Shown piece by piece: positions 49,040 to 62,064 of a DNA stretch of 64,000 bases (the first letter of the stretch is position 1; every line of letters starts with the position of its first letter). The notes under the pieces are model-generated. The model had not been told where the DNA came from and ran no database searches. It saw nothing but the letters and a program-made list of their open reading frames with translations. The stretch comes from Podarcis gaigeae (Eukaryota). The position numbers were made by a program, and so were the translations under genes. The DNA is taken from the NCBI GenBank assembly GCA_964106915.2, contig OZ066920.1. One strand, given 5' to 3'.

Positions 49040-51611
49040 TCTTAGGCTTTTGCTGCCAAGCACAGGGTGCTATCCCCCCCCCTTCAACTTGCAGAAAGGA
49101 AAGTGGGGTGGGCAGCTCCCAAGAACTTGTGTTCTTGTAATAGTGAGGCAGCCTGCTCTATCATACTTCCTGGTAAAGCCTGCCAAAGCGTAAATGTGCT
49201 GTGTTTAGATTTGGCCCTTGCATTCAGTCTGCGTTGGTATGGGCTGGGTTTTTTCTGCTGCAGGAGTGTTCTGTTTAAATTTAATGGGGATTGATATGCC
49301 CTTCAGCATAATAAGAACTGAGTAATTTGCATGGAGAGCAATCATGACTGTAATCTGAAACAGGTGTTTTCTCTGGCCTTGCAACTACAACTCAGAGCTT
49401 GTATTTTTGATTATCTGGAAGCTTCTCCAATATCTCCTATGTCTGTGGTGAGATAGCCAAAAGTGGTTGTGTACTTTGTTTCTGATTATTGGATCTTTAC
49501 ATGGTTTCTGCACTGTTTCAATTTAGTATTTAAATCAGTAGTGTTGGAACACAAAACTAGTCTCTCCCCCCCCCACTGCTTTATGCAAAAATAGAAATGA
49601 AATTAACTTCATGTTAATGTGCTTTTCCTCCTATCTCTCTGCATTTCCAGAACAAACTCCTCATTTCTGCTTACAACTGCTGGCATTTCCATTTATAAAT
49701 GTGGTAGCAAATGTGCTGTGTTGTTGTTGTTGTTTTAAAAAAACAACACACTTTTGTGTAAACTTTCAAAAACTTCTGAATGTTTTCCGCAATAGCTAAA
49801 AGCACATATGAAGACCTTTCAGTTTAATTACTACATTTTCCTTTGGTTTTTTTTGTCCCAAAAGAATTTGACAGAGTCCAGAAACCATTATAATTTGATA
49901 TTAATGCATAACAGCAAAGTAAATGCATGAGTATTAATGATTACATGATATTTTATGTTCCGGTTTTTGTGTGTAGCAAAGAGTGGTGTTTCAATTAATG
50001 TTTTGTGAATGTGTTTCCTTGTTTCCCCCCTCCCCCGCCCAGCTTTTTGGCTTCCACTCATTTGCTTTCTAATAATGAAAGTTTCCCTTTCAAGTCCCAC
50101 AGAATTGTCTAAATGAGCTGAACGAAAGCCATGCGCGGAATTCCTTTTGACAATAACGCTGTGCCTGTAAGATAGTTTTGATCCCTGCTCACTGAGCAAG
50201 AATTGGGGCAGGTGTTGGGGATGGGGATGCACTGAGGGAGGTGGAGGGGACTGTGTGGCTTGGCCAAGTGGCTTGCAAATCCTGGATTGCCTGCAAATTG
50301 TGTCACTTTTGATTAACTGACCCATTGGTCGCAGAACTCTGGATTCAGCAGTCGTCTCCGGAGAGGTTTTGGTTCTACTTGGGGCTTGTGGAGGTATAAA
50401 ATTAAATACACCAGTGATTCGAGCACTCAATACACCAGACTCTCTCCTCTTCTGAAACTGCTTGCCGAACAGGAGAGTAATGACAAATATTTTACAAAGG
50501 CAGATAGTTCATTTTAACCCCGTTCCATTTCAACTTATGAGTGAAATTTATGAGCCAATTATGAGATGGTGGAGTCTGTTTGAACGGCTAATCAGCCCCA
50601 TGTTCTCCTCATAGCAACATCCCCCTTTAAACTGGGGAAAAACAGGCCCCCTTCTAGCTCCCTTGTTCAAAGGTTACATAGGATCATATAACCACATGGG
50701 AGTCTAGCAGTGCCTCCTGTAATTAACAGCACAAGGTCCACATTCTCAGCCTGGAGACTGTTTTAAGCAAAGGTTAATGCTGCCCAGGCCTGCTAGGAAA
50801 TGTACTGCTTAATAAACTCTTCTGCAAATGACAGAAATGCATAGGCATAACAAACAGAACAGGGGTGATTTAAAAACAAACAAACCCTAGTATTCATTAT
50901 GCTGTATGCAGTTTCCAGATCTGCGGGACTACCATCAACTTGGTCTACACTATTCCTAGCAGTTGCTGGACTGTAACAAGAATTGAATTTTCATGATGGG
51001 GGCAGGGAAAGGAGGGTGTGAAATTGGATTAAAGCCTATAAATGTAGATTGCATTTTGAATGCTGCCTTTCTTACACCCCACCCAACTTCCCTTTCTGAA
51101 CTTTTGTGAACACATGGAGCTCTAATTGCAAGGAGGCAAGAACAGAAACGTTTTGTGCTGCTGGTATGGCAGATATGTTCTGTTGGTGCCCAAATAAGAT
51201 AATTTTAATTGTCTCGCTCCAGTCACGACTTCAAGGCTATCACTTTCATAATAAGCTTTCAGATGGAGAGGAAAGCATCACCTTCAACCTCTTAAACGAA
51301 TGCAACCTTAGATTGCTGATGTGCAGTTGTTCAGGAACAGAGAAGTTTGGTCTCGGTCTTACCTCACTGTGTGCCTCTTATTTAATGGCATTTTGGTGGC
51401 ATGCCAAGTTGCAGAGTATTTAATCTTTGTACTAGAAGTTTCATCCATACTGTGTACTATAGGCTTGTAAGGGCAGAGCTAAGTCTGCTATAGGAAATTT
51501 CGGTGTAATTATCCCAATGACTATGAGACTTGGCATTGATACCAAGGCTACGCATTTTTAGTTTAATGTAGCTACTTGGTCCTCTCCAAATATTACATTT
51601 TAAACAGTATA

Positions 51612-51690
51612 TGTGTTGGAAGCTGCCCAGAGTGACTGGGGCAACCCAGCCAGATGGATGCGGGTATAAATAATTAAATGATATTGTTAT
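51612..51690 (+). mobile_element. LINE (L2-like) 3' tail fragment
   Basis: GGAAGCTGCCCAGAGTGACTGGGGCAACCCAGCCAGATGG...GGGTATAAATAA. A related copy lies at ~23938-24004. Confidence 0.6.
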
Positions 51691-51769
51691 CATTAGTGGT
51701 GATGGGGAAATGGGGAAAACTTCCAGTTGAGATTGCATAGGGGTTAAATGGAGGCTAACTTTGATGTTT

Positions 51770-52053
51770 CTTATGTAAAAATAGCTATGGAATTTTGTTG
51801 CACCAGGCAAGATGTTGGCCACCAGTTTAGAAGGCTTTAAAAGGGAGTTACCCAAATTCATGGAGGATAAGCCTCTCTGTGGCTACTATGCCTGTGTTCC
51901 ACCTCTGGCTTTCGCTTGCTGAGGATCACAAGTGGAGAGTGCCATTATGCTCACACCTTGCTTAGTGGACGACTTATATGGAATCTAGTTGGCCACAAGA
52001 AACTGGGCTGGAAAGGCTTTTCCTCTGATCTAGCAGGGCTCGTTTATGTTCTA
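51770..52053 (+). mobile_element. CR1 LINE 3' fragment
   Basis: GGCCACCAGTTTAGAAGGCTTTAAAAGGGAGTTA..CAAATTCATGGAGGATAAG...CTGATCTAGCAGGGCT...TTATGTTCT. Confidence 0.7.
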
Positions 52054-52861
52054 GACTGTTTTAGATGCTTTCAACCGGAACTTGTTTCCTGTGGGCTGTA
52101 TTAACCTCTTGGCCTCATTACAGGCAGCTCATTGATATGGGGTGATGCACACAGAAGGGAAATAGAGTGGGAGAGAGAAAGTTATGCAGTATTGCAAACT
52201 CTGTCCGTTTTCAGCTCTGGACCCCCCTCCCCCACCAGTTACTTTGGCCCCTGATTTGACCATAGGTCACCCCAGGTGTCCATAGGGAAAAGCTTATTCA
52301 CCCTCACTTGAAATCCTTCATTGCCTTATATATGGAGGAAGCAACACGGCCATGCTGATGCCAAGTCCTGCTGCTGGTTCCTATAAGCGCGCCCTCTCTT
52401 TACTTTTTTTACATTTGTATTTGTCTCCCCGCTAGAAAAACAAAAACTAATACTGTAGCATCTTAAAAGATGGAAATTTTATTATGGAGTCTGCTCTGTC
52501 ACATGTGTTGAATGGTCACTGCTCATGGGTTTATATATGCAGGAAGTGGTGCTTATCAGCCGGGTTGCGCATGACTTGTGTCACGTTTCGTGTCTATGGG
52601 GATGCTCTGGGAAGAGGGTGTATGAGTGATGGAGCCAGCTCATAAAGAGTCTGAACTTGTAAGGGAAACAGGTGTGTGGGGTGGTGATTGCCAGATTGTA
52701 TCTGCATAGAGGAGACAAAGTAATTATGAAGTTTGTGTGGTTAGCATTAAAAAAGTGTAGATTAGCATCTTCACACTTCACAGTAGGAAACCACCTTAAG
52801 GCAAGAGACCAGAGAACACCATTTCCTTATGATGCAGTCATCTTGGGACTCTTGCTCCACA

Positions 52862-53075
52862 ATCCATCTTTGTCTAATCTTCTTTTAAAGTCATCCAAGT
52901 TGGTGGCTATCTCTGCCTCCTGTGGGAGTCAGTGCCATTATTTTAATAATGTGCTGTATGAAGAAGTCCTTTATTTTATCCATCCTGAATCTCCCAGTGT
53001 TCTACTTCATTGGATATCCACAATATTATGATGGGGGTAGAAAAACTTCCCTATCGACTTTCTCCATACCATGAA
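52862..53075 (-). mobile_element. CR1 LINE ORF2 3' fragment
   Basis: TTTGTCTAATCTTCTTTTAAAGTCATCCAAGTTGGTGGC is the reverse complement of the motif in the other CR1 copies. Confidence 0.7.
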
Positions 53076-53077
53076 TA

Positions 53078-53261
53078 CCATATTTACCCAAATCTAATGC
53101 TCACCTTTTTTGGCAAAATTATGTTGCAGAAATTAAGGTGCACATTAGATGTAATGGGACATTTATACGTTCACCAGTAAATACTTTTTTTGGTTTCAAG
53201 GTTCTGAAAATTGAGCTGCGTATTAGATTCGCGATGGAACATTAGACTCAAGTAAATACGG
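53078..53261. mobile_element. Tc1/mariner-superfamily (pogo/Tc2-like) MITE with TA TSD
   Basis: TA|CCATATTTACCCAAATCTAATG ... CATTAGACTCAAGTAAATACGG|TA; the TIRs match at 17 of 22 positions. Confidence 0.8.
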
Positions 53262-54168
53262 TAATTTTATAAATATAAATCTCACCTCTGACATCTCTTA
53301 CTAGTAAATTCCTGAGACAGGGCTTGCCCTTACAGAAACCATGCTGCTCTGCTTCAGCAAGGCCTGTTCTTCTATATGTTAGGTTGTTTTGTCTTTAACA
53401 ATACTTTCCACCAATTTTCTAGGGACTGATGTTAAGCTTCTAATCCCCTTATCTCTGCTGGCATAAGCATTTCATAAGAACTGGCAAGGTTATGTCTTTG
53501 AAATTTCCAGAAATGTGTTTCTGTTTTGCTCCGCTGCTGAGGATGCATTGCTTGTATGATGCATTGTTTTTGTTTTGTGTAATTTTAAAAAGATCTTGTT
53601 GTTATGTGATGTTAGCTGATCTGAGGAACCATTTTTGTTGGCACACACATTTAAAACAAAAATGATGATTATGTGATTAAGGAATACATGGTGATTCTCT
53701 CCCCCACCCCCCGTGAAAACTGTGGCTTCAGCTTATTAGTTTTCCCTCTTATATACATCTTATATACACAGTTATCCAGTGGAAAGCCTGAAGGAAATCC
53801 AGCTTCAACTTTGCATATGCTGTGGTGTAACAATCAAGGGGTTGAATACAGTTGAAAGAGAGGCATACAAGTTTTTAATTAGGAACTGTTTCTAAGTTTC
53901 TTGATTATGTTTAAGGCATGTTGTTCTCACAGTCGCACATGCTACACAGTGTTCGAAATTCTCAAGGCACATTTTGCTACTGGCGCAGGTCCAATTGCAA
54001 CTACTTGGAGATTTCTGGGCTCTACATTGGCGACCACAGTTTAAAAACCTCTGCCTTAGTCCATAGTTAATACCATTTCCATTTCTACTGTGTGTGCATC
54101 TCCTTCTTGCGTATTGGGACAAGTGATTTCTAGTTAGAGCAAGCTATAGCCAAGCAGTATAGTTGAGA

Positions 54169-54231
54169 TCATAGAATTGGAGAATTGTAGCATTGGAAGG
54201 GACACCGAGGGCCATCTAGTCCAACCCCCTG
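54169..54231 (-). mobile_element. CR1-type 3' tail
   Basis: CATAGAATT..AGAATTGTAG..TTGGAAGGGAC...GGCCATCTAGTCCAACCCCCTG. Confidence 0.65.
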
Positions 54232-55146
54232 GCGAAAAGGCATCCCATTGTGGCAGCCATAACCTAGATCTAAGGTGCCATCTGGTGCCTAGCTTATATA
54301 TGTAAGTTTCCAACCCTGATGCTGCGTTTCCCACGGAAAGTTATGGATGCATCATCTAGGGTTGCTTAGGCAGAATATGTTAACTAGCCTGTGGTCAGAA
54401 TAGGAGGTGGGTGGGGGACCTCAAGCCCAAATGGAGCTGGCTCTCAGATCTGTCCCCTCTCCAGGCCCCACACCTTGCGGTCCCTGCTTCATATCCTCAA
54501 TGTTTTTGCCTGGCTGGAATGTATCTTTGAACTCTGGATAATGTATCTTGGTTGTCTGAATGATGGATAGGGGAATGTGTGTTTGTGCATGTATATAAAA
54601 ACTACCCTGCCAATTTTTTTTTTTTTTGCCTCTGGCCCTATGTACACTCACTGGCATGTGCCCCTTGGAAGATTGTTCAGAAAAGAACACAGCCCTTGGG
54701 TTCTGTATCTTTGAATTATGGACTACTTCTGTTGGGTAAAGTACATATGATCTGTGTGGGTAATTGCAGAATTGACTGATGATAGCCATTCCAAATTATT
54801 GCTGTTTAGAACCTGATGCAGGACTGTATGAACAAGACCAAGGCGTTTGGGGTTATAACTTCAGTTTAATAACTCAAAAAACAACAACAACTTTGGTATC
54901 TTCTTTTATTTTTGAACAGACTCTTAAGATTCTTATGCTGCTGCTTGCATTTCTAGATTTATCTTCATTTGTTAAAACAAAAATGTCTGAGGCTGATTGG
55001 TTATACAACTTATTTCATAATTTTTATAGAGGATGAATGTTCTTAAAATGAGGATCAGGAAGGTGCTGTGAAATGAGCTTAAAGGTCACAAGGTTGGATA
55101 GTGGAAGAAGAAATCAGATTTTCTTTCTGAAAGAAAGTGGCGCTGT

Positions 55147-55510
55147 GGGACGCGGGTGGCGCTGTGGGTAAAACCTCAGCGCCTAGGACTTGCCAATCGC
55201 ATGGTCGGCGGTTCGAATCCCCGCGGCGGGGTGTGCTCCCGTCGTTCGGTCCCAGCGCCTGCCAACCTAGCAGTTCGAAAGCACCTCCAGGTGCAAGTAG
55301 ATAAATAGGGGCCGCTTACCAGCGGGAAGGACAAACGGCGTTCTGTGTGCTGCGCTGGCTCACCAGATGCAGCTTGTCACGCTGGCCACGTGACCCGGAA
55401 GTGTCTGCGAACAGCACTGGCTCCCGGCCTATAGAGTGAGATGAGCGCACAACCCTAGAGTCTGGCAAGACTGGCCTGTACGGGCAGGGGTACCTTTACC
55501 TTTACCTTTA
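55147..55510 (+). mobile_element. Full-length young Sauria SINE
   Basis: GGGACGCGGGTGGCGCTGTGGG head (A box), GGTTCGAATCCC B box, conserved body and (ACCTTT)3 tail. Many CpGs are retained. Confidence 0.95.
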
Positions 55511-57007
55511 GAACATCATTTGTGTGTGGGAAGTGGTGGTTTCTTGAGGAAGCTCACAATTTTAAGTTTGTTTTGCTGGAAACCTGGGGTACTCAAGGAC
55601 ACGGGATTGCCTTCTTTTTTTTTGTCTCTTGCAACAGCTCTGTGATGTTTGCTGGCATGAATTCTGCTTGAGACTGAGCAGCAACTGGGTACTGTTTTAA
55701 ATGTAGTGCTCTGTGTACTCCACCACACTGCTAAAAACTCCCTTTTTTCTCTGCACCCCCTTTCCCTCTCAACCCCTGCCCATGGACTCGTGGCACATTT
55801 TGTTATGTAAACTGCTTTTTGACTGAAGAGCAGGGTAAAAATGCTTAAAATAAAATAAAACTTAAGCTTGCAGTTCCACTGAAGTCAGTGGAACAGTAGG
55901 ATTCTGATTTAAGTGTGGTTGTAGCCTTATCCCATTTCCCATGTAGGGAATTGCCACTTATTCCAGATGTATTTTCTTGTGAATCATCATGAACAGAATT
56001 CATCCCAATATATCATTTGAAGAAATATCTAAAATAAGTATTCATACAATGCAGATTCTTTATATGCCTTCTGCGTTCTCTTGTTGTTTGCTCTGTATTT
56101 GTATGACACATTTCCTTGTATTGTTTATAACAATTATTATTTCCTTACAAGTACTACAATTCCTTGGAGATTTGCCTAGTCAACTATTGTGCTCTTTTAA
56201 CCCAGCTACTGAAAAATGCAAGTTGAGTTGACCATGAAATTAGCAGGTCATTTTGGGAATTTAAATGAAGGCTACTAGCAGCCTGCAAATGACTGTTCTA
56301 GCCAGTTTGGGATCTTCAGCTTTTCCTGCCACAGGCTGCATTTATTGCCCTTTCCTTCTTTTCTAAGGATTAACTCATAATAAAATTCAGGCTTTCCATG
56401 TGAATGAGTACCAGAGAATGAATATATATTCGCAAGCTTGTATATCTAGTTTGCTGAAATGTCATTCTTATTATTGCCCTTTCAACACACATTTTACGAT
56501 AGTGCTAATACCAAAGAAGATTGTGGTTACCTTTTATATATGCCATGATTAGTAGAAGTTTGTATATAAAATTGCATGGATGGCTTTTTTAAAAAGCAGA
56601 GTCTTATGCCACTTTAAAATCTAACAAGTTTATTGTTGCATAAGTTGTTACCAGCTAGTGTCAGCTTCTATCAAATGCATGAGGATACCAGAGAGTTTTC
56701 CTATGTTAAGGCAGCTTTATGGATCTGTGCCTCTTGGGCCTTTTCATCAAGACAATTCACAAACAGATTTTTGTGTCTGTCTTGAAACCTGCATCTGGGT
56801 GTTAACTCCTGATTTTGAAGTAAACTCTCCTGGCTCTTTGCGGTCTATTTAACAGAGAGAGGCTGCAGTTCTCTGCATCCTTACTTGGGAGTAAGCGTCA
56901 TTAAACTTAGTTGTACTTACAAGCAAGCATGCAAAGGATTGCCCTGTTAACCTTATGCTTTGGTGCCAAAAGGTGCAGGGGGACACAAATTTTACTTGAC
57001 AATAGAC

Positions 57008-57146
57008 CAGACTTTCACAACCTGGTGCCCTCCATATGTTTTGAACTACAGCCCTTATCATCCATGACTATATTGGCCATGCTGGCTGGGGCTGATGGGA
57101 GTTGGAGGCCAGTGACATCTGCAAGGAACCATTCTGGGAAAGTCTC
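57008..57146. mobile_element. Degenerate hAT MITE (ACTACA family)
   Basis: CAGACTTTCACAACCTGGTGCCCTCCA...GAACTACAG...GGGCTGATGGGAGTTG...TGGGAAAGTCT. An internally deleted relative lies at ~61201-61292. Confidence 0.6.
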
Positions 57147-60100
57147 ATGAAAAAAAATCTATCTCTGAATTTTGTCCATATTTTGTGACAGACCACAGAA
57201 AGGGATGTATGCAAACTTTGATGTTTTGTGTTTGCCTTGTTTCTTTTCTGCACTTTTGATGCCACTGATTTGGAAGCTGTTTTGGATTACCAGTGTTAGA
57301 AACTCAGGTATAGAAGCCAGGATCCAAAAGGCTCCTTAAACCAGGGTTACAGTCACTGAAAGTGAATGCCTAGTTCCCATTTTGGGGCCAGATGTCTCGA
57401 AAATCATATTTTTCAATATGACTTTTTGGTTCCTGAAGTTCATTCTGATTTTGCGGATAAAATATAATGGATAGAATTCTACAGGACGTGTTGCTAGTGT
57501 GTGAAAACAGTCGAGATCCAAGGATCCCCAGGTATGCATCTCCAGATTGTGTTGACGTCATGTGCCATTCTGGTGCCCAGGTATCTTCACTTGGTTGCAC
57601 GTGGCTGATAGCCAGGTGCAAAATGTGCTTGGCAAATTTTGAATGCTTGATTGATATAGTGGTTTTGCCCATTTATAAATATTATTCCTCTTCAAATCCT
57701 AGGGTACTTTTGGGAATGGGTAGGTGAGGATTACTCTACTTCCACAATTCAATAAAAAAATGTACAAACTAAGAAGCAGGAAACATCCCTCAATACACCA
57801 TGTGTAATTATGGACTGGCAATAGTTGGCTAGCATATAAAAAACTTTTTTTTTCACATTGTGGAAGGCAAATGAAAACAGACAATAAATGAAACAACACT
57901 ATTTTTTCCTAGCTGGCAAATCATGATTTTTACACCAATATAGTGTGTCATTTTTATTGGGTGTATGGCTGCACTTTGAATCAAAATGTATGCATGGTCT
58001 TTCTGGTTGCAGGGTGTTCTTTAACAAATTGAGTTTTGTGTTTCTATCCCTTGCAAATTTCTCTCCAAATAAGTTGAAAGATTGGAGAAAACACGAACAT
58101 TTTCTTCCTTTATTTTATGTTATTTTAAATGGTATACAGTCATTCCTTTCCTGGTTTGCTGGAACTGCTCTATATGTTTGTATTCTCATTTGTACATTTG
58201 GTTTTTTAAAAAAATCGGAATCTATCTTTTTTAAAAAAAAAGGGGGAGGAGGGGAGCTGGGAAACAATAAACTTTGGAGCAAAAGCAGTTGCTAGTCAGA
58301 GCTGCATCAGCATATACACTACATTTTGCCTCTCACTGCTGTGTTTAAACACATCTGAAAATATTCTGCAAACCTCATAGTTACTGATATAAACTTTTGG
58401 GTCTGGGGCAGATATTTCTTAAAATGCTTTTTCTTTTGGCGGTCAACGTTTATTGCTTTTTCTGTGGATGTTAATTATTATATATTGTGGGGTTTTTTTA
58501 AAAAAAAATCCTTGCTTGTAAGGTACTCGCAGACTATTTCTTGATATTTAGAAAATAAATAAAATAGAGCGAAAACCGGTATTCCTAAGTTGTGTAAAGT
58601 TGCTGTCTCCCCACTTAAAAAAAATGAATTCTAGGCTTCTTTTAAAGGAGAGCTCGTGCTTATTGAGCATCCCAGGGCCGAGGAAAAGCAATATTGCTCT
58701 TCCCCTGCTTTGCAAACATTAATAGCCATTTGATAAGGTCAGTGCAGAGTAAAGTGGCTATTTGTTCTGTTTGTTTTTTAAAGCTTCAAGAATGAGACAA
58801 GTGTCGAAAGGTCAAATGTAACAAACAAAAGTAGTCCCTGGTGGGATGAGCAAATTGTGTAACCACTCATTTTATGCCCTTTTGGAAACGTCTCCCTCAG
58901 ATATGTTAGCGTGGTTTTTTTCCTGGCAGTGTTGATTTCTCCAGACTATTCGTCTTTCAAAGATTTCTGGTGGTCTTCAGGATCTCTGGAATCAGGGTGG
59001 CATTGCTAAAAGTTTCCTGTCTTAACTACGTACAGAAGGGTTTGGGGTGGGCAGTTCGACGTTCCTGTTGACCATAAAGCTTTTTCTTAGTCAGGCCGTC
59101 CTTCAAATGATAGAAGACACAACACAGCTTGACGCATATCAGAATTGATATGGGTCATCCTCATGAGCCTCTCTGGTGAATATGAAACTGATAATGGTTG
59201 GGTCGGTTCTTACGTCAATTATGTAGCAAAATATGTTATCTGGGATCCAGAGTGCAGTGTTAGATAAATTCAAGGACTTGGGAATGCCAGAAGTGAGTTC
59301 TCTAGACTTCAATTGCATTGTAAAAATCGTGGCTGAACTTTGTCTTTTTCTTTTAATGCTTTCTTTTTGGATGTCCTCACTGCATGTTTATAAATCAGCT
59401 CTTTTTAAGCAAAGATGCTAATTAGGGTTCCATAAGTAATTGGTTCTCCTTGTAACTTCCTTCTGATGTTGGGAAACGAAAGGTTTACGCCTCTCCTACC
59501 TTTTCAGCCTTTGCTTTTAACTAATTTCATATACAGTTGATGTGGGATCAAGTGGCTAGAACTTACTACCAAATAAAAAATAAATTAGATATAAGGACTT
59601 GCCGTGAATTTTGTCAGTTCATGCAGTAGTCAAGTAGTTGAACCAGCTGGTGTTGCCTTGCTAGTGGGGAGTGAATTTGAGTGAGAGTTAGGGCCCCTTT
59701 TGAGCATTAAATCCTCCAAAGGAAAACAAGAAACATTGAGCATTTAGAGCATACCACTGGGCCTCAACTCTGGGCAAAACGACTCTTCCAAAAGCTGTTC
59801 TCATTGATCATTAGCCACCAGGTGGCTTAATTGACACTTAGAGAGAAATTGGAGATCACATTTCTTCTTGAAACTGTTTGCTTCCATTGGTTTAAGAATT
59901 CCAGCCTCCTTGTTCTTTCTTCTACAAGGAAACTCCCTATCTTCCCCATGTTTTCTCCCCACTGTCTGTCTGTCTAACTAGCCAAATTTTGATGTCATAA
60001 TATGCTTAGAACAGTTTGAGCCTACTAATACGAATATTGCTCATTTCTTGAGAAACTTCTGTTCCTTTTTCTGATAACTTGCAAGTCCTTGTTTCTAACT

Positions 60101-62015
60101 AAAATTGTTGATAGTAGGCTCTATGAGTTTGGCTCTACATTTATTATGTGGTGTATGGAACTGGTTGAAGCAAAAGCTGGAGAGGTTGGCCCAATAGCTT
60201 TCTTGAGAAGGAAAGTTTTTGTAATATGCAGAGAACGGAGAGCAAGTATAGGACTTGGTGAAGGCATCTAGAATAGGATATGTGAAATAACTCTGATGTA
60301 CTTTGTTGTTGCTGCTGAAACTACCCAGCTAAAGTGTACTTCTGTCAAAGGCATTCTTAGTAATAGGATTTATTTAACAAATTTCCTCCACTGTGTAAAC
60401 TTTTTAAATGTCGTTAAATATTTTACTCTAGGAGTCTAGGAATTTCTTCCTTCTTAAAAATGTATTGTGGCTGGACTCCGAGGAACAATAAATGGAGCTC
60501 TTTTCATTTCAGTCTGGTAGATAGTCTGAAGAAGCCTTCCTAATCCTCTTTCTCTTTATTATACACGGCTATGTCTAGAAATATAAATGCTTTTGAGATG
60601 GCCTGTCATCCAAAGGAACATTAAACATTTTGTGTCTTTGTTTCCCTCCTGAAATGTATTTACCTCACTTCTGGAATAATAAGGAACAAAGACTACTCAA
60701 GTGTGCTTTGGCATTTCACAGGGATGCTGTAGGAACATAAATAGTACGTAAGGGGTATGCAAGGAGGTCAGGGATAGGAGATGGCGGAAGAGCATAAAGC
60801 TGCAGGCCTAAACTCTCAGAAGGGCTTTGCCAGATTGATTTCATTGAGAGCAGAGGTATAAGATTGGTTCTGAATCCGCATCTAGCACAGTAATGTGGGG
60901 TTGGCAACTTCTTCAAACGGTTCTGCTCTTGTGCCTAAAACACACAAGTTGGTTTAGCAAAGCTGTTCCTGGAATGGAGGTAAAGCGATGGGAAATGCTT
61001 CACCACCCTAATTTTTTCATCTGCTTGCTTTCATAAGGCACACAAGAGCGTGTCCAATAGAAAAACTGGCCACCCAGCTATCAAGCAAATCTGTGCACAT
61101 TTACAACTTCATGTTACCAAGCGGCAACAGTGTTAACCGACAACTTAATGATTATATAAAACATTTTACTCTTTTAATTCTTATTTGTGACAGAATACTG
61201 CAGGTATAGGGAACCTTTGGCCCTCCAGATGTTGCTCAGCGACTCCCATCATGTGCTAGAAGCATCTGATGGGCAAGAGGTTCCCTACTCATGGGAATTG
61301 ACTTAAAAATAATATGCCACCCCCTCAGAGTTGTTGGAAAATAAAAAAGTTTATAACAGAAAATATTACGGTGTAGCCATTATCAGGACTAAGTAAAATT
61401 TTAAATGTCACAAAGAAAACAAGATTTCTTGTTTCCTACAAAAAAGTAAAAGAGACTTTCGATGATGAATATTAAATAACTATCTCAGTATTGGATGCCA
61501 CACTAATACTGCTAATAGTTATTTTAATCTTATTTGTCACATTAGCGACAGATTAATATAACTTAGAAATGTCTTTTTAAGGGTAGAATTCCTTTGCTTC
61601 CCCTCCACATGTGTTACATAACTTGAGCACTGTTTGCAGGTCACATGATGGCTTTTAATAAAATGCTTAGCAAGCAACAACCCAAACAAGAAGACTTAGT
61701 ACCACTGCAAATAAAGCTGCTATTCCTCACCCATTCCTGCTATATTTATGTAAAAGGGAGCGGGGCAGATTAAATGGTTCCTCATGCATGTATTTCATTG
61801 TGCAACACAATATACAAACCAGTGCTTGTTAAAGCTAGTGATTCGCCATAGTTTTCCAAAATGGATGCTCTCCAAGTGATACGGACTAGCAAAAAGGACA
61901 GGCCTGTTTGCTAATGTTACAAAAGCAATGGAAAATTTTACAATTGTACCATTCTGTAATACAGTTTACTACTGTTTCTTTATAAATTATTACATGCTTT
62001 GCAAAGTATAACATC

Positions 62016-62063
<48 letters not shown>
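62016..62063. repeat. (AAT)n microsatellite
   Basis: Directly visible. It produces the poly-Ile ORF. Confidence 0.97.

Positions 62064-62064
<1 letters not shown>

Noticed and set aside
49888-50430. 180-aa minus-strand ORF
   Set aside because: No ATG start in the sequence (alternative start codon), no domain and no splice context; more likely a chance ORF over non-coding DNA.
53947-54053. Possible SPIN-like hAT element
   Set aside because: Only a weak resemblance at the right end. The two termini do not match each other and there is no TSD.
56605-56680. Second hammerhead in an old Penelope fragment (also ~26590-26625)
   Set aside because: The core CUGANGA and/or GAAA nucleotides are mutated or missing, so it is a fossil only.
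59091-59298. Possible cassette exon (TTTTTCTTAG acceptor ... GAA|GTGAGT donor)
   Set aside because: The frames checked contain stops, there is no JARID2 similarity, and such site pairs are common by chance in a long intron.
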